Source: Prevotella sp.
GTDB lineage: Bacteria > Bacteroidota > Bacteroidia > Bacteroidales > Bacteroidaceae
Length of the DNA stretch: 39,279 nucleotides
Direction: 5' to 3'
Assembly: GCA_017635615.1 (NCBI GenBank)
Contig: JAGBLC010000151.1
Span: forward strand, 1 to 39,279
Part shown: positions 9,241 through 18,312 of the stretch, one piece after another
Numbering within the stretch: the stretch's first letter is position 1
Layout: each line of letters opens with the position of its first letter
Notes under the pieces: model-generated
The model's database searches: none
Seen by the model: only the letters and a program-made list of their open reading frames with translations
What the model was told of the DNA's origin: nothing
Made by a program: the position numbers and the translations under genes

Positions 9241-9990
9241 ATGGACAACATACAGCAGCTCTTAGAATCCTACAGCCCCATCACTCTCGAAGAGATGAAA
9301 GGCATCAGGCTGATGAACCGTATCGACACGAAGTTCATCACCACCGAGCCCATGCTTCGGAAACTCCTCCTGATGGGCACCGACGACTACTTCGTCCAGG
9401 AGATCGGCGGCGAGCGCAACATGCTCTATCGTACCACCTACTACGACACCAACGACTACGATATGTTCTACGTCCACCAGTATGGACACGCCAACCGCCA
9501 GAAGATGCGTTTCCGCTCGTATGTCAGCTCCGACCTCCACTTTCTTGAGGTAAAGACGAAGAACAACCGCGGACGGACGAAGAAGAAGCGCATACGCGTC
9601 AGTGACATGCAGATTGGACAAGAGCAACGCGACTTCCTCAGACAGACGCTGCACTATCAGACTGACTGTCTGCGCCCCGCCTTAGAGAATGCCTTCCGCC
9701 GCATCACATTGGTGAACAAGCAGCGCACCGAGCGGCTCACCATCGACACCGAGCTCTGCTTCAACAACATCGTCAGCGGTCAACAATGCGAAATGAACCC
9801 GCTGGTCATCATCGAACTGAAACGCGACGGACTCCAGCCGTCTCCCGTGCTGGACATGCTACGCCAGCTGCGCATCCATCCTCATGGGTTCAGCAAATAC
9901 TGCATGGGGTCGGCGCTGACCAACCCTTCGCTCAGAATCAATCGCTTCAAGCCGAAACTACACGACGTGGAGAAACTGTTGAAAAATTAA
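9241..9990 (+). CDS. VTC-domain (polyphosphate polymerase-like, CYTH fold) protein
   Basis: LMNRIDTKF, YRTTYYDT, RQKMRFRSY, FLEVKTK, ERLTIDTEL, IIELK, FSKYC. Confidence 0.9.
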   Translation: MDNIQQLLESYSPITLEEMKGIRLMNRIDTKFITTEPMLRKLLLMGTDDYFVQEIGGERNMLYRTTYYDTNDYDMFYVHQYGHANRQKMRFRSYVSSDLHFLEVKTKNNRGRTKKKRIRVSDMQIGQEQRDFLRQTLHYQTDCLRPALENAFRRITLVNKQRTERLTIDTELCFNNIVSGQQCEMNPLVIIELKRDGLQPSPVLDMLRQLRIHPHGFSKYCMGSALTNPSLRINRFKPKLHDVEKLLKN

Positions 9991-10050
9991 AGAATTAGAG
10001 AATTAGAAAATCAAATAATAATTGGGATAGTAAAAGAAAGGAGTAAAACT

Positions 10051-10713
10051 ATGGATACAATAGCAAGCTTATTCACAGCCGACTTCGCCCACATGCTGGT
10101 GAGGTTCCTGATATCCGTCGCGGTCAACTGGTTCATCATCGACCGCCTATATTACACGAAGAGTCGTCGGCGCGACTTCTACTTCACGTTCATGCTCATC
10201 GCCATCGCCATCTTCTTCCTCGTGTTCTTCATGATCTTCGTGCTCGAGGATATGAAAGGAAAGACAGGCATCGGCATCGGTATCGGCCTGTTCGGAATCT
10301 TCTCTATCATGCGCTACCGGACTGACACGATGCCCGTGCGCGAGATGACCTACCTCTTCGTGCTCATCTCCCTCTCGGTGGTCAATGCCCTGGGCTCCAC
10401 ACTGTCGCTCGCCGAACTGCTGACGACCAACCTCATCGTCGTCGCCGCCATCTGGCTGTGCGAACGATTCCTGCGCATGCAACCCGTCAAGCTGGTGCAG
10501 TACGACCGCATCGAGCTGATTGCTCCTGACCGCTATGCCGACCTGAAGGCCGACCTCGAACAGCGTCTCGGCCTGCAAGTCAAGAAAGTGGAGGTAGGGG
10601 CCGTCGACTTCCTCCGCGACACGGCGATGCTGAAGATCTACTATGTCGGCGACGACAAGCACAGCAACGGCGTCGACACCATGCTCAAAATGCCAAAAGT
10701 TACCTTATTATAA
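10051..10713 (+). CDS. DUF4956 family membrane protein
   Basis: Several TM helices; GIGLFGIFSIMRYRTDTMPVREMTYLF; usual partner of VTC-domain genes. Confidence 0.88.
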   Translation: MDTIASLFTADFAHMLVRFLISVAVNWFIIDRLYYTKSRRRDFYFTFMLIAIAIFFLVFFMIFVLEDMKGKTGIGIGIGLFGIFSIMRYRTDTMPVREMTYLFVLISLSVVNALGSTLSLAELLTTNLIVVAAIWLCERFLRMQPVKLVQYDRIELIAPDRYADLKADLEQRLGLQVKKVEVGAVDFLRDTAMLKIYYVGDDKHSNGVDTMLKMPKVTLL

Positions 10714-10735
10714 TAATGTATAGGAGAGAGAAGCA

Positions 10736-11473
10736 ATGAAAAAGTTATTGTTAACGGCCTTGGCAGCCTTCATGATGCTGCCAGCCGTCGCCCAGAGCGA
10801 CACCGAGACAGGCCTGTGGACCAGTGCCGAAGTGCAGAAGAAGCTCAGCAAGCAGTGGAACATCGCTGCCGAGGCAGAGTATCGCCTGCGTGAAGACTTC
10901 GGTGCCACCGACCGCTGGACCATAGCGGCTTCGGCCACTTACAAACCGTTGAAATGGTTGAAGATTGACGCGGGCTATAAGTTCATGCGCGTGCTGAACG
11001 ACGACGAGACGTCGTGGAAGGACAACGGCGTAGACCCCAACAAGTGGACACCCGCCTGGTGGTGCACCAAGCACCGCCTGTTTGCCTCCGTGACAGGACA
11101 GTGGCGCACCGGACGCTTCGACCTGTCGCTGCGCGAACGCTGGCAGTACACATACCGCCCAGAGACCACCGTCGATCGCTATGACATCGACGACGACGAG
11201 TGGGAGGAAAAGACGAAGGATGGCAAGGCACAGCATGTGCTCCGTTCGCGCCTGCAGGCCGAATACGACATACCGAAATGCAAGATCGACCCCTATGCCA
11301 GCATCGAGCTGTACAACGCCAAGGGCGGCTTGCAGAAGATACGCTACACGGCTGGTGCCGACTGGAAACTGACCAAGCAGCACGTCGTCAGTGCCTTCTA
11401 CCGTTACCTCGACAGCCACGACGACGATCCCAACATGCACATCATCGGCCTCGGCTATAAGTATAAGTTCTGA
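10736..11473 (+). CDS. DUF2490 family outer-membrane beta-barrel protein
   Basis: Signal peptide, GLWTSAEVQKKL, LSLRERWQYTY, alternating beta-strand pattern, C-terminal YKYKF. Confidence 0.82.
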   Translation: MKKLLLTALAAFMMLPAVAQSDTETGLWTSAEVQKKLSKQWNIAAEAEYRLREDFGATDRWTIAASATYKPLKWLKIDAGYKFMRVLNDDETSWKDNGVDPNKWTPAWWCTKHRLFASVTGQWRTGRFDLSLRERWQYTYRPETTVDRYDIDDDEWEEKTKDGKAQHVLRSRLQAEYDIPKCKIDPYASIELYNAKGGLQKIRYTAGADWKLTKQHVVSAFYRYLDSHDDDPNMHIIGLGYKYKF

Positions 11474-12471
11474 TGGAAAAAATCTTGATAACAGGCGCTT
11501 CGGGCTTCATCGGCAGCTTCATTGTCGAGGAAGCCCTGCGGCGTGATATGGAGGTGTGGGCCGCTGTGCGCAAGAGCAGCTCCCGACAATACCTCTCCGA
11601 CCCGCGAATCCACTTCATCGAGCTCGACCTCTCGTCGGAGCAGAAGCTCGTCAAACAGCTCAGCGGACATAGCTTCGACTACGTCGTCCATGCCGCCGGC
11701 GTGACGAAATGCGTCTGCCGCGACGACTTCCGACGCATCAATACGCAGGGAACCATCCATCTGGTCAACGCACTGGTGGCCTCGGGCATGCCGCTGCGCA
11801 AACTTGTCTACCTGAGCAGCCTCAGCATCTTCGGTCCCATCCACGAAGACATCCCCTATCGCGACATCTGCGACCTCGACACACCGCAGCCCAACACAGC
11901 CTACGGACAGAGCAAATACGAGGCGGAGCAATGGCTCGACCGGGCGCAGCTGCCCTTCCCCTACATCGTGCTGCGACCGACGGGCGTCTACGGACCGCGC
12001 GAGCGCGACTACTTCCTCATGGCCAAGAGCATCCGGGGGCATGTCGACTTCGCCGTGGGCTACAAACCGCAGGTCATCACCTTCGTCTATGTGCTCGACG
12101 TGGTGCAGGCGGTCTTCCTTGCCTTGGAGAGAGGACAGTCGGGACGGAAATACTTCCTCACCGACGGCAATGTCTATTCGTCGAAGGCTTTCAGCGGCCT
12201 GATCATCCAGGAGCTGGGCCATCCCTTCTGCCTGCGCATCAAGGCTCCGCTGTGGATGCTGCGCATCGGAACATTCTGCGGTGAATGCTTCGGCAGGCTG
12301 ACAGGCCGCATCAGCGCCCTGAACAACGACAAGTATCACATTCTGCGGCAGCGCAACTGGAAGTGCGACATCCAGCCCACACGCGACGAGCTGGGCTACG
12401 ACCCGCAGTGGCCACTCGCCGTCGGTGTTCCCACGACCATCCAATGGTATAAAGACAACCACTGGCTGTGA
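11473..12471 (+). CDS. NAD(P)-dependent epimerase/dehydratase/reductase (extended SDR)
   Basis: ILITGASGFIG, VVHAAG, YGQSK (YxxxK), LRPTGVYGP; TGATG overlap with the upstream stop. Confidence 0.9.
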   Translation: MEKILITGASGFIGSFIVEEALRRDMEVWAAVRKSSSRQYLSDPRIHFIELDLSSEQKLVKQLSGHSFDYVVHAAGVTKCVCRDDFRRINTQGTIHLVNALVASGMPLRKLVYLSSLSIFGPIHEDIPYRDICDLDTPQPNTAYGQSKYEAEQWLDRAQLPFPYIVLRPTGVYGPRERDYFLMAKSIRGHVDFAVGYKPQVITFVYVLDVVQAVFLALERGQSGRKYFLTDGNVYSSKAFSGLIIQELGHPFCLRIKAPLWMLRIGTFCGECFGRLTGRISALNNDKYHILRQRNWKCDIQPTRDELGYDPQWPLAVGVPTTIQWYKDNHWL

Positions 12472-12475
12472 GACT

Positions 12476-12510
12476 AATTGAAAATTGAAAATTGATAATT
12501 GATAATTGAT
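12476..12510. repeat. 7-bp tandem repeat (AATTGAW)x5
   Basis: aattgaa aattgaa aattgat aattgat aattgat, last unit supplying the ATG of the next gene. Confidence 0.8.
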
Positions 12511-13492
12511 GATAGAATCCAAACCATCGAAAAACCTGTTCGCCGTAGAATGGGCCATGATAGCCTACCTCGTGCTGACGACGCTCGTCATCGTATTCTG
12601 TTATACCAAGGTACAGAACCCCGAAGCGATGCTCTGGGGGCGTGTGCGTATTCTCTTCACCACGGCGGCCCTCTATGCCGTCTACCGCATGGTGCCTTGC
12701 CGGCTGACTCGACTGGCGCGTGTCGTCGTCCAGGTAGCCCTGCTCTCGTGGTGGTACCCCGACACGTATGAGCTCAACCGCATGTTTCCCAACCTCGACC
12801 ACATCTTCGCCACGTGGGAGCAGCAGCTCTTCGGTTGCCAGCCGGCCCTGCTCTTCTCACAGCTCACCTCTTTTGGAGGGGTTGGGGGAGGTCTCTTCAG
12901 CGAGCTGATGGACTTGGGCTATGCCTCCTACTATCCGATGATAGCCGTCGTCATACTCTACTATTTCTTCCGCCGCTACGACGAGTTCCTCCATGCATCG
13001 TTTGTCGTCATGGCATCGTTCTTCCTCTTCTACGTCATCTTTGTCTTCCTGCCCGTGGTCGGCCCGACGTTCTATTATCAGGCTGTCGGTCTCGACACCA
13101 TCATGCAGGGCGTCTTCCCCAACGTGGGCGACTATTTCAACCACCATACCGAGTGCCTGCCCTCGCCAGGCTATACCGATGGTTTCTTCTACCACCTCGT
13201 GGAGAACGCCAAGGCCGCCGGCGAGCGTCCCACGGCAGCCTTCCCTTCCAGCCACGTCGGCATCAGCACCATCCTGATGTTCCTGGCCTGGCATGCCCGC
13301 GACAGGCGTCTGCTGTTCATACTGCTGCCTTTCTATGTGCTGCTGTGCTTCTCTACGGTGTATATCCAGGCTCACTACGCCATCGACGCGTTGGCCGGAC
13401 TGGTCACGGGTGCCGTCTTCTATTTTGTGCTGATGTACCTCACAGCCGACGCTCAGCCCTCGAAGCAGACAGTAAGAAAGCGCAAATCATGA
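12509..13492 (+). CDS. PAP2-superfamily membrane phosphatase/phosphotransferase (Aur1/inositol-phosphorylceramide synthase-like)
   Basis: Multiple TM helices; AAFPSSHVG and STVYIQAHYAIDALAG catalytic motifs. Confidence 0.85.
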   Translation: MIESKPSKNLFAVEWAMIAYLVLTTLVIVFCYTKVQNPEAMLWGRVRILFTTAALYAVYRMVPCRLTRLARVVVQVALLSWWYPDTYELNRMFPNLDHIFATWEQQLFGCQPALLFSQLTSFGGVGGGLFSELMDLGYASYYPMIAVVILYYFFRRYDEFLHASFVVMASFFLFYVIFVFLPVVGPTFYYQAVGLDTIMQGVFPNVGDYFNHHTECLPSPGYTDGFFYHLVENAKAAGERPTAAFPSSHVGISTILMFLAWHARDRRLLFILLPFYVLLCFSTVYIQAHYAIDALAGLVTGAVFYFVLMYLTADAQPSKQTVRKRKS

Positions 13493-13537
13493 TGCAATAT
13501 GCCATCAATAGCAATGCAATATGCGGCAAACTGCGAC

Positions 13538-13644
13538 ACTACATTAATAAGGTAGTCTCACTACATTAATAAAGTAGTCCGACTACATTAATAAAGTAGT
13601 CCGACTACATTAATAAAGTAGTCCGACTACATTAATAATGTAGT
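13538..13644. repeat. 22-bp palindromic tandem repeat, about 5 copies (ACTACATTAATAAAGTAGTCCG)
   Basis: Units start at 13538, 13560, 13582, 13604, 13626; the three middle units are identical; no spacers. Confidence 0.92.
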
Positions 13645-13731
13645 ATCGGGATTTGCCATCAATTACGCTTCATTCACCCAATGATTGCGCACAGGAATGA
13701 CACTAACTCCCATCCATTCAATAACACAGAA

Positions 13732-13761
13732 GGAGGGTATGCCACAGATGGCATACCCTCC
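13732..13761 (-). terminator. Intrinsic terminator-like hairpin between convergent genes
   Basis: Perfect 13-bp stem GGAGGGTATGCCA-caga-TGGCATACCCTCC; TTCTGTGTT follows on the minus strand; may act in both directions. Confidence 0.75.
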
Positions 13762-13827
13762 AATTCGTTTCAGGCGACGTTCCGACAAACTGCAGTGTCG
13801 GCTCCTGCCTGTTGAAGCTTCTCGTGC

Positions 13828-16800
13828 TTACTTGCGGAGCACCTTGACACTCTTCGATGTTCCGTTGTTGTAGTTGATGCGCATGATGCTGACACCCTGC
13901 TGGGCACGACTCACCTTGCGGCCGCTGAGGTCGAAGTAGTCGATGCTGCGGATGTTGTTCATGTCGGCGGTCAGGGTGTTGATGCCCGTCTTCTCGCCTA
14001 CCTTCACCTTGTTGGCGTTGCAAACCTCGCCCGTCTCTAAGTTGACGAGCAGAGCCACGACGCGCAGCTTGTTCTTGTCCTGGATGACGTACTGGCCGCT
14101 GGTGTTCAAAGCCTCAGCCAGGTTGAAGGTATAGGTGTGCTTGATGGGTTCGTCAGCTGCGTAGGTGGCGGGCAGGCTTTCCTCTATGCCGCCAATCTCG
14201 GAAACCATCACGACGACATCATTGAAGACGAGTCCTTCGATGTGGTCTGGAGCGTCGATGAAGGGCTGCAGCTCGTCGCATGCCTCATCGGTGTTGCCAG
14301 CATAGTAGTTGCTCTGTACCCAGTCGGAGCCTTCGCCGGTCAGTCCGTCGGCCAGGAGGAGATACTCAATGGCATACTGCGGCTCGTCGGCTTCCGTCTC
14401 GTCGTAGGGGAAGGTGACGGTGGTGTTTACCGTGACGAGGTCGTTGTCGGCATCGAAGGCTGTCTCCATGTCGATGCTGGCCTGTCCGAACTCCTTGGCG
14501 CGCTCAGCCATATCGTCGACGATACCCATCGGCTTGTCGCCATAGTTGAAGCCCCAGAACGGGTCGATCTCGGCCATGCGGTCCATGTAGGCAGAGGGGA
14601 ATCCCTGCACATCGCTTGGGAAATCGTCGGACGACATAATCTCCATCGGGTCGCCATTGTGGAAGCTGGCGCAGACGAAGTCGTCGGGATAGAGCTCGGC
14701 GAGCTTCTCCAGGCCTACGAAGCCACGGATACACCATCCGCACCATGTGCCGGTATATTCCTCCATCAGCGTGCGGTGCTTCGGAACAGTGTTGAGGGCG
14801 ATGACGGGTGATGTGGCTACAACTTCAGCCTCGGCATTATCCTGTCCGTTCACCTTCGTCACCTTCACGTTGAGCTCGTAGTTGCCACGTTCGGCCAGTG
14901 CGGGCAGCGTGACGTTCTGCGATGTGGTTACGCCGTAAGCTCCCTCTACGGGTTCTGCCAGGTCGATGTGCTTCTGAGTGGTTGTGCCGTTGAGGGTGAG
15001 GTCGAGGTCGAGCGACTGTATGCCCTTCGAACCGTGGTTGACGAAGGTCAGCTTCTGCTCGATGGGCTCGCCAACCTTGACATACTGCGTGTTGTTTTCC
15101 TCGGCGACAACGGCGTTGTCGGCCACTGTCTTACCCGACACGTTCACCTTGATCATGGAGTTCAGTCCCATGTTGTCGGCCATGGGGAGCCACTTCAGGA
15201 ATCCGTTGGATGTGTGCAGGAAGAGTCCGTCGGTCTTGTTGTTCGCACAAAGCACGATGGGATAGGCGGCATCATCGTCGAGCAGTTCGTCGATGGTCAC
15301 GGAGTAGCCCACGTAGACACCTTCGGCGGGGATGGTGTAGGGCTTCTCAAGATTGACCACGGTGAATCCCTCCTCGGTCGGTGTAACATCGACGCTCATG
15401 AGGTCGGGCACGTTCTGTCCGTTCTCCACGCGGAGCTGCGACGAGAGCCAAACCTTGACGTTCTTCAAATTGGCCAGTCCCTGCAGCGGAATCTGGATGT
15501 TGTCGATGTGTGTGCCGACGAGAGCCGGCTCGTTCAGTCTGATAGCCACATCGTAGGTCTGCGGCTTGGCTTCGCCCCATACGGTGATGTCTTCCTTGCC
15601 GGTGAAGTAGCTGAAGTCGATGCTGTTGCCCACATTGTCGGCAGCCACCTCGGGATATTCGGGCTTGGCAGCCTCGGGCTGAATCTCCGATCCTAAGTCG
15701 TAGACGCTCTGCCATGCAATCTCGGAGCGGTGCTCTTCGCCGGCTCCGCGGTAGATGGCCTGTATACCGAAAGCCTCTGGGCCGATGACGTAGTAGTACA
15801 GAGACATATTGGCACCACTGCAAGAGATGTCGTAGTCACCGCTGTCGGAATATCCGAAGGGTATCTCCGTCATGTTGTTGTCGATGTAGAGATAGTCGTC
15901 GGTAGAGAAAGTGAGTGGTATTTCCTCACCATTGACACGTGCATAGAAGGCGTATGACAGCTTTTCGGGCAGGATATAGTCGCCGTTGACATCAAGGGTG
16001 ATCATGTCGAAGTTCATGTAGCCCCAGCCCCATCCAGAGGCATAGTAGCCGTAGCCGCCCTCGTAGAGCTCTACCCATTCGGGAGCTGCCGGTGTGGCAG
16101 CCACCTCGGTGAAGGGCTTGATGCGTGCCTTGTCGTATATTTGAGCTACTAAGGGTTCCTCTGTACCAGCGTTGACGAAGAAGAGCGAGCTGTTGGAGAG
16201 TGTCTTGGTAGCAGCATCGTAGTCGAAGACGATGTCCTCGCCACTAAGTGAATATTCTTCGTAGGTCTCCTCCCATTCGGGGTCGTAGACCTCTTCCACG
16301 CTGCCGCCCATGAGATACTGGTGGTAGCCCAGCACCTTGTCGCCGCCGATGTACTGTCCGTTGGGGAATGTCACCTTGTCGCCATTGATGGTACCCTTAA
16401 TCCATGCATCGGGCATGTTGGGATAGAAGCCCTGCACGTAGACATCGTTGCCGTCGAAGCCCACCTGTGCCAGGCAGCCTGCAAAGCCTTCAGCCGTGAC
16501 GGCATACTCCTCGGTCTTGAGGTCGGCGGGAACGCTGACGGGCTTGTCGTTCATCACCTCGAACGACATGTTCCAGTCGCCGCAACCAACCCACGTCTCA
16601 TTGTCGCCCCACATCATGCCGATAATGACGCTACCGTCGGCGAGCGGACTTCCTTCAGGAGTGGTGATGGCACGCGTGGCAGCATCATAGCTGAGCGTGA
16701 ACGATGTCATCTCGGGGTTGTAGACGTAAGTCTGGTTGGCCTCGTCGTATGTCATCATGGCAGCATACAGCTCATATCCGTTATAGTCGGCCACCTTTGA

Positions 16801-17304
16801 GGGCATCTCGAAGGTGATGGTAGAGCCTTCCAGCTTACCCTCTATCCAGGCAGAGTACCCAATCGGAGCCTGCGAGATAATGTTGCGGATGTACACTTTG
16901 TTGTCGGCGCCGAACACCACATCGCCTAAGCCACCAGCCAGTGTGGTGTACATGGGTCCGAACATGGTGTAGACGTAAGCCTCACCGCTACGGACGTAAG
17001 ATACATACTCGCCGGCAGGCTGCTCGGAGATGAACTGACCGCCGGTAACCTCTTTGTTGACCATCTTCCGCTGCCAGGGAGCTTTGGGGATGCTGTTTTG
17101 ATTGCGGTTTGCCAGCATGTTGCGCAGCGGCTGTGTCGCGCGGTGCTGCCGTTGCATGTCAGCCTGTCTGGGCTGCGCTTTCATCTCCTTGACAACGCCT
17201 TTCGTCGTGCCAGGCAGTTGAACTACTCTCTTCTGGCCTGTCTGTGCCAGACCGGTGGTAGCCATCATCATGGCGGCCATCAGGAACAAAGTAAATTTCT
17301 TCAT
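13828..17304 (-). CDS. Large T9SS-secreted protein with Omp28-like thioredoxin-fold domain
   Basis: Signal peptide MKKFTLFLMAAMMMATTGLA; acidic beta-rich modules; LMEEYTGTWCGWCIRG CxxC motif; T9SS tail YFDLSGRKV...KSVKVLRK. Start at ATG 17304. Confidence 0.8.
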   Translation of the reverse strand: MKKFTLFLMAAMMMATTGLAQTGQKRVVQLPGTTKGVVKEMKAQPRQADMQRQHRATQPLRNMLANRNQNSIPKAPWQRKMVNKEVTGGQFISEQPAGEYVSYVRSGEAYVYTMFGPMYTTLAGGLGDVVFGADNKVYIRNIISQAPIGYSAWIEGKLEGSTITFEMPSKVADYNGYELYAAMMTYDEANQTYVYNPEMTSFTLSYDAATRAITTPEGSPLADGSVIIGMMWGDNETWVGCGDWNMSFEVMNDKPVSVPADLKTEEYAVTAEGFAGCLAQVGFDGNDVYVQGFYPNMPDAWIKGTINGDKVTFPNGQYIGGDKVLGYHQYLMGGSVEEVYDPEWEETYEEYSLSGEDIVFDYDAATKTLSNSSLFFVNAGTEEPLVAQIYDKARIKPFTEVAATPAAPEWVELYEGGYGYYASGWGWGYMNFDMITLDVNGDYILPEKLSYAFYARVNGEEIPLTFSTDDYLYIDNNMTEIPFGYSDSGDYDISCSGANMSLYYYVIGPEAFGIQAIYRGAGEEHRSEIAWQSVYDLGSEIQPEAAKPEYPEVAADNVGNSIDFSYFTGKEDITVWGEAKPQTYDVAIRLNEPALVGTHIDNIQIPLQGLANLKNVKVWLSSQLRVENGQNVPDLMSVDVTPTEEGFTVVNLEKPYTIPAEGVYVGYSVTIDELLDDDAAYPIVLCANNKTDGLFLHTSNGFLKWLPMADNMGLNSMIKVNVSGKTVADNAVVAEENNTQYVKVGEPIEQKLTFVNHGSKGIQSLDLDLTLNGTTTQKHIDLAEPVEGAYGVTTSQNVTLPALAERGNYELNVKVTKVNGQDNAEAEVVATSPVIALNTVPKHRTLMEEYTGTWCGWCIRGFVGLEKLAELYPDDFVCASFHNGDPMEIMSSDDFPSDVQGFPSAYMDRMAEIDPFWGFNYGDKPMGIVDDMAERAKEFGQASIDMETAFDADNDLVTVNTTVTFPYDETEADEPQYAIEYLLLADGLTGEGSDWVQSNYYAGNTDEACDELQPFIDAPDHIEGLVFNDVVVMVSEIGGIEESLPATYAADEPIKHTYTFNLAEALNTSGQYVIQDKNKLRVVALLVNLETGEVCNANKVKVGEKTGINTLTADMNNIRSIDYFDLSGRKVSRAQQGVSIMRINYNNGTSKSVKVLRK

Positions 17305-17342
17305 ACGCTTAATTTTGTTTAGATTATTAGAATAAAACGCCA

Positions 17343-17350
17343 CAAAGTTA
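17343..17350 (-). promoter_or_regulatory. -7 element (TAACTTTG) for the Omp28-like gene
   Basis: Exact TAnnTTTG match 39 nt upstream of the ATG. Confidence 0.6.
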
Positions 17351-17475
17351 AAACTTTTTGCTGAAACGGCCAACGATTTTTCAAAAAAAAATTAAAAAGA
17401 TAGGGATTTTCCTCTCTTCTTTTAGGAAAAAGCCTTTGCACGGGTGAAGAAAAAAACGTTACTTTGCAGCGAACA

Positions 17476-17545
17476 AGTAGGAGGCGACGTGTCTCACGTC
17501 GCAACAATCTGCTGGATAACGACGTGAGACACGTCGTCTCCTACT
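17476..17545. repeat. Inverted pair of GTAG-type REP elements (REPIN-like doublet)
   Basis: 26-bp arms 17476-17501 and 17520-17545 with one mismatch; each arm is GTAG plus an internal hairpin CGACGTG-tct-CACGTCG. Confidence 0.82.
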
Positions 17546-17604
17546 GCAAAGCGGTGTAATAACCATTAGTTATATAGAAGCACAAACCAAAGAAAGGAAC
17601 ACGT

Positions 17605-18300
17605 ATGAAAAGACTCATCTTATCGGTCGTCCTCGGGCTGATGGCCCTGACGGCCACACAGGCACAAAGCTATCGCAGCAGCAAGTATTACAACCCGCAG
17701 ACGGGTCGGCTCGACTATCGCCAGCCGCAACGGCCGGGCTACTGGCACGACGGCACCACCTATTACGGCCTGCGCATCGGTCCAGCCTTCGCCACCGTCA
17801 ACAGCGACGACCGCTACCTCGACGGCAGTTCGATGAAGACGGGGCTGAACGTCGGCGTGGCGATGGGTGTGAACTTCGTGCGCGAGGCACCGCTCTTCCT
17901 GGAGACGGGCCTCTACTACACGGAGAAAGGCGGCCGTGGCCATGCCGACGGCACACGCTTCACCTACAGTCTGAACTATATCGAGCTGCCGCTGCTGCTG
18001 AAGTATAAGTATCATGTAGACCGCTCGCTGAGCATAGAGCCCTTCCTCGGAGGCTATGTGGCCTGCGGCGTGGGTGGAAAAATCAGGGACTTCGGTCAGC
18101 GCGAAGCCTACAGCAGCTTCTCGTCGTCGCCCTACAGCTTCGAGCGCTTCGACGGCGGACTGCGCATGGGCTGCGGCCTCAGCTACGACCTGCTCTATGC
18201 CGAATTGGGCTACGACCTCGGTCTGGCCAATATCTCGCACGACGACTTCGACACAAGCCACACCGGGACGCTGATGCTCACCGTAGGACTGAACTTCTGA
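17605..18300 (+). CDS. Outer-membrane beta-barrel (PorT/porin-family) protein
   Basis: Signal peptide; LETGLYYTEKGG, LNYIELPLLLKY, GYDLGLANI; C-terminal VGLNF. Confidence 0.82.
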   Translation: MKRLILSVVLGLMALTATQAQSYRSSKYYNPQTGRLDYRQPQRPGYWHDGTTYYGLRIGPAFATVNSDDRYLDGSSMKTGLNVGVAMGVNFVREAPLFLETGLYYTEKGGRGHADGTRFTYSLNYIELPLLLKYKYHVDRSLSIEPFLGGYVACGVGGKIRDFGQREAYSSFSSSPYSFERFDGGLRMGCGLSYDLLYAELGYDLGLANISHDDFDTSHTGTLMLTVGLNF

Positions 18301-18312
18301 ACCGAAGATTTC

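Noticed and set aside
13538-13644. 22-bp array as a CRISPR
   Set aside because: Units are contiguous with no unique spacers and no cas genes are present.
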